From contig NZ_JALDYF010000017.1 in NCBI RefSeq assembly GCF_032154225.1, positions 23,394-87,393 of the forward strand: DNA of 64,000 nt. The letters run 5' to 3'. Below the pieces are notes generated by a model. It was not told where the DNA came from. It did not search any database and saw only the letters and a list, made by a program, of their open reading frames with translations. Within the stretch, counting starts at the first letter, position 1. Every line of letters begins with the position of its first letter. The DNA is from Psychrobacillus sp. (lineage in GTDB: Bacteria > Bacillota > Bacilli > Bacillales_A > Planococcaceae). This document shows positions 30,331 to 39,734 of this stretch, piece after piece. The translations under genes and the position numbers were made by a program.

Positions 30331-30807
30331 TTATTTGACTTCCTCAGCCAGCTCCAAAATAATTCCTTCTGGCCCACGAACGAAGCATAATTTATAAGCA
30401 TTTTCGTAGTTTTGTATCTCACCAATAAGTTCTGCACCCTTCTTTGTCAATTTCGTAACTAGGGCTTCAATATCTTCAACAGCAAAAGCAATATGCTGGA
30501 CACTCTGAGTATTTGCTAAAGGACCCTGTATGCCATTTCCATCTGATGTCGTGTGAAATTTTACTAGTTCTATATTTGTGTCACCGTCCGCAGTTCGCAA
30601 CATTACTATTTCTATATTTGCATCACCATCTATTGCAACTTCCTCTTTAACGTCTTGAATCCCTATTAACGGCTTCATCCGCTCTACCCACTCGCCTTCC
30701 ACTTTTCCTTCCCCCAGCATTTCAAGACCAAAATCAAGAAAAAATGCTTTCACGGAAGGAAGATCATTGACGATTATACCCACATGATCTATTCGACGAA
30801 TTTTCAT
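30331..30807 (-). CDS. VOC/glyoxalase-family protein
   Basis: Start at MKIRRIDHVGIIVNDL after AAGGTGG. Second half-domain QHIAFAVEDIEA...GPEGIILEL. Confidence 0.75.
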   Translation of the reverse strand: MKIRRIDHVGIIVNDLPSVKAFFLDFGLEMLGEGKVEGEWVERMKPLIGIQDVKEEVAIDGDANIEIVMLRTADGDTNIELVKFHTTSDGNGIQGPLANTQSVQHIAFAVEDIEALVTKLTKKGAELIGEIQNYENAYKLCFVRGPEGIILELAEEVK

Positions 30808-30971
30808 ATCACATACCACCTTTTTCCTAATTTTATCACATATGTCTGCTAAAAATTGATTAATGGTTTTTCCTTCATTATAAAAATGCCCCTTTAGATA
30901 TAAAATATCCAAAGGGGGAAACATTGCAATTTTATTTCAACTACCTCGCAAACCCATAATTTACGATAAAT

Positions 30972-31018
30972 AAAGAGAATCCGTTTTGAAAAATGTTTGA
31001 TCAAAATGGATTCTTTTT
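30972..31018 (-). terminator. probable original glmS terminator, now separated from glmS by the transposon
   Basis: gaatccgttttga...tcaaaatggattc forms a 13-bp stem with T-rich flanks, about 80 nt beyond the left TSD. Confidence 0.55.
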
Positions 31019-31091
31019 CAGCAGATTTAAGTTTGGTGCATATTTTGATTAAACTTTTTTACAAATGATCAATCTTTATTTCAAAACCACA

Positions 31092-31096
31092 ACACA
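31092..31096. repeat. target-site duplication ACACA (left copy)
   Basis: Identical 5-mer immediately outside both transposon termini. Confidence 0.8.
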
Positions 31097-31232
31097 TGTC
31101 TTCAGACAACTTAGTCGTGACGTAAAAGTCTACAAACAGTTATTCTTACGTTGCTTTATATTTTTTTAATACAACTAAATCGTGACCTAAATTTTCAGAT
31201 GACTAGTTTGGTAAGACAACTACTCGTGACGT
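31097..31232 (+). repeat. transposon left end with three dispersed TnsB-type sites
   Basis: agACAACTtAGTCGTGACGT (31104-31123), atACAACTaAaTCGTGACcT (31169-31188) and agACAACTacTCGTGACGT (31214-31232). Confidence 0.8.
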
Positions 31233-31464
31233 AAATATTATCAATTATAAGTTTCTCTTTAAAATGTTTAAAAAGCAAGCCCTTACCAATTCCAATATAT
31301 GTTAAGATATAGTTAGTTTTTTAACATTAGCTACTTATAGAAATGCTTAATTATTGTACAACGACAAAAGTATGTACAAAAAGACCAAGAAATTATTTAC
31401 ATTGATAACGGAGAGCTGTACTTGTAGCTTTTCGTAAGTATTTACTAAAGGAGAGAACAGAAAA

Positions 31465-32052
31465 ATGGAGTTAATAGGATTAAAACCTTTATATAGTAGT
31501 ATGATTATGCAAAATTTAAAGCGAACAAAATTCAGTGTTACTATAAATAATGCTATTTTTGAGCTTATATACTTTATTGATTCAGTTCCCCATACTTTAG
31601 CAATCGGGGTACGCAATGAAAATCTCTTCTTTATGGTTGAAGTGAAAAAAGGCTTTATCATCAATCCTTATCTGGGGAAAAAGTTCGGGTTGATCTATAA
31701 AATTTTAGGTTTATCACCAAACGGAGCATCTTCTTTTAGTCCAAAAAACTTTTACGATGAGATAAACAAAGGTATTCCATCTACTACAAGTCCAAAAAAT
31801 ACCCCTAAACCTTATGACATCGCCGCTTATAGACCAAAAGTTGAGGAATCACATAAAATTTATTTCTGCGGTTGGTTAGACAACAACGTGCGCAATGAAA
31901 AAGTTCGGCCCAAAAATCTTATTAAAACTCAACAATGGTTAGATCAAGAAGCCTATGAGATGTGTAAAAAATATAATATAAGCAGTTGTTGGTCGCCACA
32001 TAAATCAAAGGAAAAATCCATTACAAAACCTACTAGTATATTAAAAAAATGA
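31465..32052 (+). CDS. hypothetical cargo protein (195 aa)
   Basis: AAAGGAGAG RBS 9 nt before the ATG. Own terminator hairpin at about 32119-32147. No domain recognised. Confidence 0.5.
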   Translation: MELIGLKPLYSSMIMQNLKRTKFSVTINNAIFELIYFIDSVPHTLAIGVRNENLFFMVEVKKGFIINPYLGKKFGLIYKILGLSPNGASSFSPKNFYDEINKGIPSTTSPKNTPKPYDIAAYRPKVEESHKIYFCGWLDNNVRNEKVRPKNLIKTQQWLDQEAYEMCKKYNISSCWSPHKSKEKSITKPTSILKK

Positions 32053-32350
32053 TGTTTAATTAAGATGGATGTTAATTTTTTCAAAAGAAATATTTCAAAT
32101 AAAAATTAGGATAAAATGAATGCTTGAATCAAGCCTGATTTTTTTGGGTCTTTTCACTGAATTTCTCTTTTTACAAAGTACATTTTTTGTCTTAGGTATG
32201 TAATATACTTGCTTTCCTGTATTAAAAGAAGGACAAAAAAGTGTCTACATCGACAATGAAGAATTGTATTTACAGCTACTCTCTTGTACATACTTTCCTG
32301 TCCTTTTACAATTATTTGATATTAGAAAACAGTGGAGGTTGGTTTGAACA

Positions 32351-34057
32351 ATGAAGTTATTGAATATGAGATTGCTTAACTATAAAAGCATTGAGGACTC
32401 TGGAGTAATAGATCTAAGTAATGGAATAAATATCTTTTCAGGAAAAAATAACTCTGGAAAAACTGCATTAATTGAGTCCCTATATTATATTGCAAATATG
32501 GAAGTAAAAGATTTGTTACCAAGCTTTTCGAATAAAACAAACTTGTATTTAGAAATATCCATTGATGAAATAGATATAAACCTTCTTAATAAAGGAACTG
32601 CCCCGGAGTACTTTATTGGTGATGCAAAAAAATTAAAAATTAATATTTCTTTTATTAATGATACTATGAGTGACTCATGTATAAATACAGTGGATGTTCT
32701 TTATGAGGACAATTATGTTCCCCTATATAAAAATAGAAGTAATGAAAAGGAAGGTAGAGCTGGTTATATTTTTAATAATAAAACGGGTGGGACTACAAAC
32801 TTTGGCGGTAGACCGCAAGCTATTGATAATTTTATGAGTCTTTTAAAAGACAGATTAGTTTTTATAAATGGCGCAAGATACGTTCCAAAAGAAGACCCAG
32901 CTAATGTTCATACTAATTTAAGTATTGATGGAACTAATCTAAATGCATTTTTGTTTACTTTACATAATAATAATGAACAAGCTTTCGATGAGATCATAGA
33001 TATGTTTAAAATAATATTTAATGATATTACCTCTATTAGTACTCCAATAGAAGGAGGTAATACATATATTAGTCTATATTTTGAAGGGAATCTTCAACCT
33101 ATTCCTTTATCTAATTGTGGAAGTGGATTTACTCATGTCCTAATAATATTATGTGTACTTTTTACCAAGGAAAGTAGAATAATTTTATACGATGAACCTC
33201 ATGTATTTTTACATCCATCAGCAGAAAAAGCGATATATGATCTTATATCTGCCAAGAAAAATAATCAATATTTATTAACAACACATTCGCCATTACTAAT
33301 TAATTATCCATTTTCTAAAAATATTTATCTTGTACAAAAGAAAATGGGGAAAAGTATTTATACAAAATTAGATAATATACAGGAAATATTATCTGATATT
33401 GGGCTAAATAATAGTGATTTTGCTTTAGCAGATAGAGTTATATTCGTTGAAGGAGAAACAGAAGAAGCAGTAATCCCATTAATTTTAGAACACTTTGGAT
33501 TTAAGCAGATTGGATATAATTATAGAATATTAAAAATGAATGGCACAGGGAATGAATTTAGCAAAAAGTCTGCAATGACAAGAAATAAAGAAAAATTAGA
33601 TTTAGTTTTAGGGGGTATAAATACAAGTCCTATACCCTACAGGATTTTAATTGATTCTGATGAGAAACCTGAAGGTAAGATTCTTGAAATCAAAGAGAAA
33701 TATGAAGATAATGTTGTAATTCTTGAGAGAAGAGAAATCGAAAATTATTTTCTCGATTGTCCAAAAGAATTATCTCTAATAATAAATAATGAGGCTGGCA
33801 GTGATACTAATCATGAGGATATTGAGCACTTCATAAATCAAACTTTCTTAGATACAGATAATAAAAAAATTTTCCCTAGAGAAGAAACTAATCCATTTAA
33901 AAATTCAGTGGGAAGTGAAGTCTTAGAACGATTGTTTTCTAACTATGATTTAACATATAACAAAATAATACATGGAACTCAACTAACAAAATTGATATTA
34001 GAAGAACAACCAGTAAAGCTAAAATTTTTGATTGATGAATTAGGAGATTTTATATGA
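32351..34057 (+). CDS. stand-alone OLD-family nuclease (ABC-type ATPase + Toprim)
   Basis: Walker A GKNNSGKTAL, Walker B ILYDEPHVFLHP, H-loop TTHSP. The Toprim region has VIFVEGETEEAVIP, ILIDSDEKP and EIENYF. No adjacent helicase. Confidence 0.7.
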   Translation: MKLLNMRLLNYKSIEDSGVIDLSNGINIFSGKNNSGKTALIESLYYIANMEVKDLLPSFSNKTNLYLEISIDEIDINLLNKGTAPEYFIGDAKKLKINISFINDTMSDSCINTVDVLYEDNYVPLYKNRSNEKEGRAGYIFNNKTGGTTNFGGRPQAIDNFMSLLKDRLVFINGARYVPKEDPANVHTNLSIDGTNLNAFLFTLHNNNEQAFDEIIDMFKIIFNDITSISTPIEGGNTYISLYFEGNLQPIPLSNCGSGFTHVLIILCVLFTKESRIILYDEPHVFLHPSAEKAIYDLISAKKNNQYLLTTHSPLLINYPFSKNIYLVQKKMGKSIYTKLDNIQEILSDIGLNNSDFALADRVIFVEGETEEAVIPLILEHFGFKQIGYNYRILKMNGTGNEFSKKSAMTRNKEKLDLVLGGINTSPIPYRILIDSDEKPEGKILEIKEKYEDNVVILERREIENYFLDCPKELSLIINNEAGSDTNHEDIEHFINQTFLDTDNKKIFPREETNPFKNSVGSEVLERLFSNYDLTYNKIIHGTQLTKLILEEQPVKLKFLIDELGDFI

Positions 34058-34065
34058 TATTTTTA

Positions 34066-34098
34066 CCCCGTCCTGGAAACAGAACGGGGTTTAATTTG
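34066..34098 (+). terminator. terminator between convergent OLD and recombinase genes
   Basis: accccgt-cctggaaacaga-acggggt followed by T-rich sequence. Confidence 0.6.
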
Positions 34099-34174
34099 TA
34101 AAAAGTCTCTCAACATTATTTTTAATTCCTACATGTACTGAAAACTATTTACATGATTTAATTAAGAATAATAT

Positions 34175-35305
34175 TCAGATATATCTTCCAAATGATTCAG
34201 AGTTCCATTTAAAAATAGGATGACTTTCTATCGGGAAAATCTTCTCCATGTAATTACATGTCGTTCTAATACTATCGTGCCCCAATAAACGATGGATTTC
34301 ATATATGTCCCTATTATTTATCATAGAAATAATAGCAAAAGTATGACGAAACGTTTGTGGGCCAAGCACTATATTATCATGAGACAATAACGGTAAACCC
34401 GATCGTTTAAATTCTTTTGATAAAAACTGTGATAAATAAGACGGGGAGTATCCTTTTCCAGTAGCTGTGATAAACAAAGGAGATTCTGGATCAGCTACAT
34501 CTAAATCTTTTAAGTCACGTTCTTTCCTAAATATGAGGAGACTGTTGTATGCTTTTTCTTTTAAAGGTACTTGTCTTTGTTTATTTCCTCGTCCTATTAT
34601 TTGGAGATAGTACCCTTTTTCTTTTAAATTGTACTTCAAATCTTTGACTCTTAATCTACAAAATTCTCCACTCTGTAAGCCCGTTGCTATTAATACATGA
34701 ATAATACTGAATGTTACATAATTATTTGTTTCTCTGAAATAATCCATGAGTTGAACCACTTCATATGGTCCAAATTCACGGTTTGTCTTATTTTTTTGGC
34801 TGCCATCAATATATAAAGCATTGTGAATCGAATTATCTATATAATTATTATCATACAGGAACGACAAAAAGCTCTTAATAATACTGACTTTGCGTTCTAG
34901 CGTTGCGGTTGAGTATTTCCCTTTCCTTTTAACATAAGGACTGTTTGTAGCTAACCATTCTTGATATTTTCTTAAGTCGATAGTGGTTAGTGTCTTCATA
35001 AGGGACCTATCTACTACTGCATCTATATCAAATTCAAAAGCTTGTCCATAGCTAATCAAATGTTCGACAAAGAGAACCAACTCGTCTTTGTATATTTTAA
35101 TAGTTCGATCGCCCCTTTGTATTTTTGATTTATATAAATAGACTTGTATCATTTCTATATCATCGAGGGCTTGAGAGGTTTTAGATGCGTTAATTTCTAC
35201 TAAACTCAACTTCTTATCAAGTAAAGAGAGATCAGTTATATTCTTCACTTTAATGTTCCATTCGTTTAAAAGGATTCGACTCTTCTTATGCGATTCCATA
35301 TACAT
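34175..35305 (-). CDS. tyrosine-recombinase-fold protein with substituted catalytic positions
   Basis: Retains GRGNKQRQVPL, FRHTFA, LLGHDSIRTT and NYM (Tyr). It reads ATGLQSGE where TGLR (Arg I) is expected, and PQTFRH where HxxR is expected. Confidence 0.7.
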   Translation of the reverse strand: MYMESHKKSRILLNEWNIKVKNITDLSLLDKKLSLVEINASKTSQALDDIEMIQVYLYKSKIQRGDRTIKIYKDELVLFVEHLISYGQAFEFDIDAVVDRSLMKTLTTIDLRKYQEWLATNSPYVKRKGKYSTATLERKVSIIKSFLSFLYDNNYIDNSIHNALYIDGSQKNKTNREFGPYEVVQLMDYFRETNNYVTFSIIHVLIATGLQSGEFCRLRVKDLKYNLKEKGYYLQIIGRGNKQRQVPLKEKAYNSLLIFRKERDLKDLDVADPESPLFITATGKGYSPSYLSQFLSKEFKRSGLPLLSHDNIVLGPQTFRHTFAIISMINNRDIYEIHRLLGHDSIRTTCNYMEKIFPIESHPIFKWNSESFGRYI

Positions 35306-35383
35306 GAATTACACCTCACATAATTTTACTACTAGTACTTTCAAATATTAGGACATACAATTCTACTAGTATTTATATAGATT

Positions 35384-36328
35384 TCACACAAGTAATTCAA
35401 CCAAAAGAGAGCTGGCTATTTCTCTCTTTGGAGTCCTTTTATTATATATAAGCATTCCCGATAAGGAGTTAAAAAAGAAATTTATCAAAACTAAAGTTTC
35501 AATGGGTGTCATAATATTACTAAAAAACAACGGTCTTTCTGAAATTTCTCTAAATAAGGCTGTATTATATCCTGATAACTCCAAAAACTCTATTCCATAA
35601 AATTCAACGATCTCCTTTTTAAGTTTTTTTACATCTATTTCTGAACCTATCACAAAACCCTTTTCAACAAACAGACGATAAAAGTCTTGCGATTGAATAC
35701 TGTTATAAAGATTTAATTTTACCCTATTAAGATAAAAACTTTGTTTAGCAAACAGTTTTACATAAAACATTGTTTTTTTAGTTAACGGTTCAAAAGAAAC
35801 TTCATTTAGTTCATTCATAGCAATAGTTTTAAAACCAATTTTATGATTGGGTATATCTATTCGATCTAAAGGTATTTTATGTTCTAAACAAATGAATAGG
35901 GTAGGTAATTGATGTGATAGTCTCCAAAAAGATTCCCCTAGGGTCTTGAAATCTTTTTGAGTGCAAACTGGACAATATTTTAGATACTTGTTTTCAGAAA
36001 AAATTTTGTCAACTACGTAAGCTTCAGCTTTACCAGTACCTTTCGTCAAATACAGGGACAGCCCACCGCTAATATTTGGAGATATAAAGTTTGAAATATA
36101 ATTACACATTGAATGAAAATTTAAGAAGTACTCTATATCAGGTGCATCGAAATACTTTAGTTCATCAATAAGATATTGAATATTCTTAGGAAGAAAAGGG
36201 TTCATTTCAGTTAAATGAAGTTCGTCAATCGTTTTATTCTCATTTTTATTTAAACTTCGTTCATGATATCTTGTGTAAACACTATATAATAACTCATCAT
36301 CTTGAATAACTGGAAAGAATGTAAGCAT
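35384..36328 (-). CDS. tniQ: short TniQ-family protein (truncated TnsD paralog)
   Basis: MLTFFPVIQDDELLYSVYTRY, zinc-finger YCPVCTQKD...ICLEHKIPL and FYGIEFLEL parallel the TnsD N-terminal half. AGAGGTGG RBS. Lacks the roughly 270-aa TnsD C-terminus. Confidence 0.75.
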   Translation of the reverse strand: MLTFFPVIQDDELLYSVYTRYHERSLNKNENKTIDELHLTEMNPFLPKNIQYLIDELKYFDAPDIEYFLNFHSMCNYISNFISPNISGGLSLYLTKGTGKAEAYVVDKIFSENKYLKYCPVCTQKDFKTLGESFWRLSHQLPTLFICLEHKIPLDRIDIPNHKIGFKTIAMNELNEVSFEPLTKKTMFYVKLFAKQSFYLNRVKLNLYNSIQSQDFYRLFVEKGFVIGSEIDVKKLKKEIVEFYGIEFLELSGYNTALFREISERPLFFSNIMTPIETLVLINFFFNSLSGMLIYNKRTPKREIASSLLVELLV

Positions 36329-36338
36329 ATAACCACCT

Positions 36339-38087
36339 CTAATGATTAAAATGATTTTTCTTTTTCCATTCATTAAGCCTTTCCTGATATTGAAATTTAG
36401 TCTCAACTATCAAGAGGATAAATTCTTTTGTTAAGGGTAGTTTGTCTATCTTTTTCTCTATTAGGGACAACTTATCGATTGCTATCGCGATGTGTCGTTT
36501 CGTTAATCGAACAGGTTTATCATTTATATCTAGAGTTATTAAGTAGTTTTTTATTTGTTCTAAAATCTCTAAGTCTCTCTCATTCCAGTTAACCCTTTGA
36601 TTATTTAAATGTGCTCTTTTCAATTGAGCAGGGGAGTTATTATCTAACCACGCTTTATCATTTCTATATAACCAAGTGTAGACTTTTTTATTTGAATTTC
36701 TGAGTTCTGTTTTGGAACAAGTAGGATTTGCTTCTTTATTTGTTATCCAAATAGAACGGTAATCATGAACCATTGAGGATTTTTCCACATGTATTTTAGG
36801 ATTAAGTTCATTTTTTTGCATTTTGTAATATTTAATAACTGTCCCCACATCTACATTTAGTAATATAGCAGCTTTGCGATAACTGATTTTTTCTGTATCA
36901 ATATACTCAATTAGTTTTTTCTTCCATACCTCACCGAAATTTCTAATGTATCTGTATCTAAACTTATCTTCTGGACCACAATCAGGACCAAGTCGCTTAT
37001 ACTGAAATTCACATAGACATGTAAAAGTCCCAAGTGGTTTCCCAGTATCAGTACATCTCTCTATTTTAAGATTTGTGACAATCATTTTTTTATAATGTTC
37101 AGCAGCAGGATTAAGACAAGGGTAGGGACCTTTACCAAAAGGTCCTTCATAATTTTCCTGCTTAAATGACTCAATTTCTTTTCCCAAAAAGTTTAATAAC
37201 AACAAATGTCTTACTGGATGAAATGAAATTCTATGCTTGCGAGTAATAGTTCTCAACCAACACGATTCTTTATTTTTGGGAACCGATTGGAAGAAACTTA
37301 AAAATTCAATACCATAAAAAGAGACAAACTTTCTATATAAATCTGCTTGTCTCACCCTTCCATTGATTGTGATTAAATCTTTCTTTCTTAGTAATTCTCT
37401 GTACATCGATACTAATTGCGTAATGTCAAAGCTTAATTCATCATCCAATAGTTTTTTACTTTCAATGGCAACCTTACTTATCTGATTAATTTTGCCACTA
37501 GATATAGTACCTTTAATACACTGATTTAAAGGGGTAGGGATACAATTTTCCTTACTAGGTGAAATCAGTTTTGAATTTTTATTTCTATATAAAACTGAAC
37601 TTAAATGTAGTAAACACTTATGATCGATACAAACTAAAACACTCGGGAGCTGATGCGAAGTCCGCCAGTATGATTCGCCAAGCTTTTTTAAATCGTATTC
37701 TAAACAAGAAGGACAATATTTAAAGAACTTAGATTCTCTTACAGTACTTGCTACCTGCCCAATCGACATGTGTATATTCTTCTTTTTGGCTTTACTTATT
37801 TCTTTCATTACTACTTCTTTTTGAGTCTTTATTAGGAGATTCGTGAAGTAATAAAAAGGCGTATGTTTGTAAATTAAGGTCTCCAAACTTTTATATTCAA
37901 AGACTTCAAGTTGTTCAACCAACACTTCTAGATTTGAAGGGAAGTCGGGTGTTAATTTGGATCTTTTACCTTGAAAACACTTTTCAAGAGTATTTCTAAT
38001 ACTAATGCTTGAACCTTTAGTAAAATATCTGGCGCAAAGACTGTATATTAACTCATCATCGTATGGCTTTGGAAACCAACCAAGCAA
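36339..38087 (-). CDS. tnsD: TnsD-like target selector (TniQ domain plus C-terminal DNA-binding region)
   Basis: MLGWFPKPYDDELIYSLCARY, YCPSCLEYD...CIDHKCLL, and a C-terminal HTH-like ISYRKAAILLNVDVGTVIKY. The element sits at glmS. Confidence 0.8.
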   Translation of the reverse strand: MLGWFPKPYDDELIYSLCARYFTKGSSISIRNTLEKCFQGKRSKLTPDFPSNLEVLVEQLEVFEYKSLETLIYKHTPFYYFTNLLIKTQKEVVMKEISKAKKKNIHMSIGQVASTVRESKFFKYCPSCLEYDLKKLGESYWRTSHQLPSVLVCIDHKCLLHLSSVLYRNKNSKLISPSKENCIPTPLNQCIKGTISSGKINQISKVAIESKKLLDDELSFDITQLVSMYRELLRKKDLITINGRVRQADLYRKFVSFYGIEFLSFFQSVPKNKESCWLRTITRKHRISFHPVRHLLLLNFLGKEIESFKQENYEGPFGKGPYPCLNPAAEHYKKMIVTNLKIERCTDTGKPLGTFTCLCEFQYKRLGPDCGPEDKFRYRYIRNFGEVWKKKLIEYIDTEKISYRKAAILLNVDVGTVIKYYKMQKNELNPKIHVEKSSMVHDYRSIWITNKEANPTCSKTELRNSNKKVYTWLYRNDKAWLDNNSPAQLKRAHLNNQRVNWNERDLEILEQIKNYLITLDINDKPVRLTKRHIAIAIDKLSLIEKKIDKLPLTKEFILLIVETKFQYQERLNEWKKKNHFNH

Positions 38088-38099
38088 TATAATCCCACC

Positions 38100-39734
38100 C
38101 TAAAATAGTTTATTATCCAAGAGTGGGGCTATTATTAATCCTTTTCCTACTAAGGAATCGTGAGCTGATTTCCTCTCTTTCCTACCATTATCAACAATTT
38201 TAAGAATTATATTCGATGAACGCTTATTTTTAGAATTATTATCAATTGCTTTTTTAGATGCCATACGTTCATTAATAAGAGTTAAAGCTGCCTGGACTGC
38301 CTCTTGTGGTGTGATTTCCTTATTTTCCTTAATAATTTTTTTTGCTGTCATTTCTGCCAACTTATCATTTATATCAAGATTCATTAATGTGAGAGTTACT
38401 ATTTGCAGAACAGACAAATCTTTTTGTTGCCTTTTTTCCGCTATTTTCTCTTTCTCTTTGCTTATCCTTTCTCTCATATTTATTGGGGTTTCTCTTTGCA
38501 AAAGAAAATCTTCAATATCAAAAGGGGTTATATCATCATATCTTACGATATCCTCTAATCTTCCTTCTCTTAAAGCCTTTAGCATAGGTTGCAGCATTTT
38601 CAAATATTTTTCGCCAACTATTTTTATCATGTTAGGAGAAATTTTATCATATCCTTCCTCCATTGCATAAGACTGTGCCAACATAAATAATTTAACTGCA
38701 ATATCTACTATTCCTTGGCTTTGATCATGAATTAATTCCATCCATTCTTTCGTTAACTCAACTTTCTCCTTAGTCCATTGATATGTCCACATTCTACTAA
38801 GTAAGACTTCCCAATTATCATCCATCTTCATTTGTTCCCAGATTAACTCACCATGGCCACCAGCTCTCCTAGCTTGTCGAAAATTAACTTGGAGTAATCG
38901 CTTTGCTTTAGTCGTCCCGATCAACACTATCGGAATTCCTATTTCATTTACTAAGGTAACCAAAAAATTCATCATACTACTTGAAACTTCCGACTTTGCT
39001 GTTAACATATGCTGAATCTCATCAATAACTAATACCCCTAGACAATGTGCCCTAGCTAATTGTCCTATATATATAATTAGATAACTTAATGATTCTCGTT
39101 TGTGACCCTGTTTAAAATAGTTTGTCCCTAAAGCCTCATCAATCTTTGTAATAAAATCTAAACATAACGTTTTTGGAGATCCATCATTTGGGCAGTTTAG
39201 TTTTAACCATGGTATCTGCATTATATTTAATGGGTATTTATGAATTATGACTTTAGGATAGAGAGATAGTATCCTCTCAATCGCTGATGATTTCCCCATT
39301 CCAGAAAAACCGATTATAGATAAGCTTGAAGCTGTTTTTCGAATGTCTGGTGGGAGTCCTATTGGTTCTTTTTTTTCTAATCTTCGATGCATTTCAATTA
39401 AGGTTTCAGCATGTGATTTGTTTTGAGGATTTCTATACATATACCCACTTCTTAATAATCCTGAAAAACGTGCTTCTAACGTCAATGTTTGTTCCAGTGG
39501 TTGATAAAATCGAGTTAGTCTCAAAAGTGCATGGTAACGATACTGGACGGATAGATTATTTTCTCTTTTGTCATATTCTGGGAGATAGCGTAGTTGTTCA
39601 TAAGCCTCATCAACAGAAAGCATAGGAGGAAGTGCTTCGATTAAGGGATTTCCCCGATAGTCTGGATTATCTTGTTCGGTATATTCCGCACTAATTGCAT
39701 ATTCTCCGTTTTCTAATTTAATTAGCTTTTTCAT
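38100..39734 (-). CDS. tnsC: TnsC-like AAA+ ATPase
   Basis: Walker A GFSGMGKSS and Walker B VLVIDEIQHM. The ATG overlaps the tnsB stop (ATGA). Confidence 0.85.
   Translation of the reverse strand: MKKLIKLENGEYAISAEYTEQDNPDYRGNPLIEALPPMLSVDEAYEQLRYLPEYDKRENNLSVQYRYHALLRLTRFYQPLEQTLTLEARFSGLLRSGYMYRNPQNKSHAETLIEMHRRLEKKEPIGLPPDIRKTASSLSIIGFSGMGKSSAIERILSLYPKVIIHKYPLNIMQIPWLKLNCPNDGSPKTLCLDFITKIDEALGTNYFKQGHKRESLSYLIIYIGQLARAHCLGVLVIDEIQHMLTAKSEVSSSMMNFLVTLVNEIGIPIVLIGTTKAKRLLQVNFRQARRAGGHGELIWEQMKMDDNWEVLLSRMWTYQWTKEKVELTKEWMELIHDQSQGIVDIAVKLFMLAQSYAMEEGYDKISPNMIKIVGEKYLKMLQPMLKALREGRLEDIVRYDDITPFDIEDFLLQRETPINMRERISKEKEKIAEKRQQKDLSVLQIVTLTLMNLDINDKLAEMTAKKIIKENKEITPQEAVQAALTLINERMASKKAIDNNSKNKRSSNIILKIVDNGRKERKSAHDSLVGKGLIIAPLLDNKLF

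Noticed and set aside
31131-31152. Possible fourth, degenerate TnsB site in the left end (acaaacagttattcttacgt)
   Set aside because: Only the ACAA...ACGT edges match, which is too weak to call without a profile.
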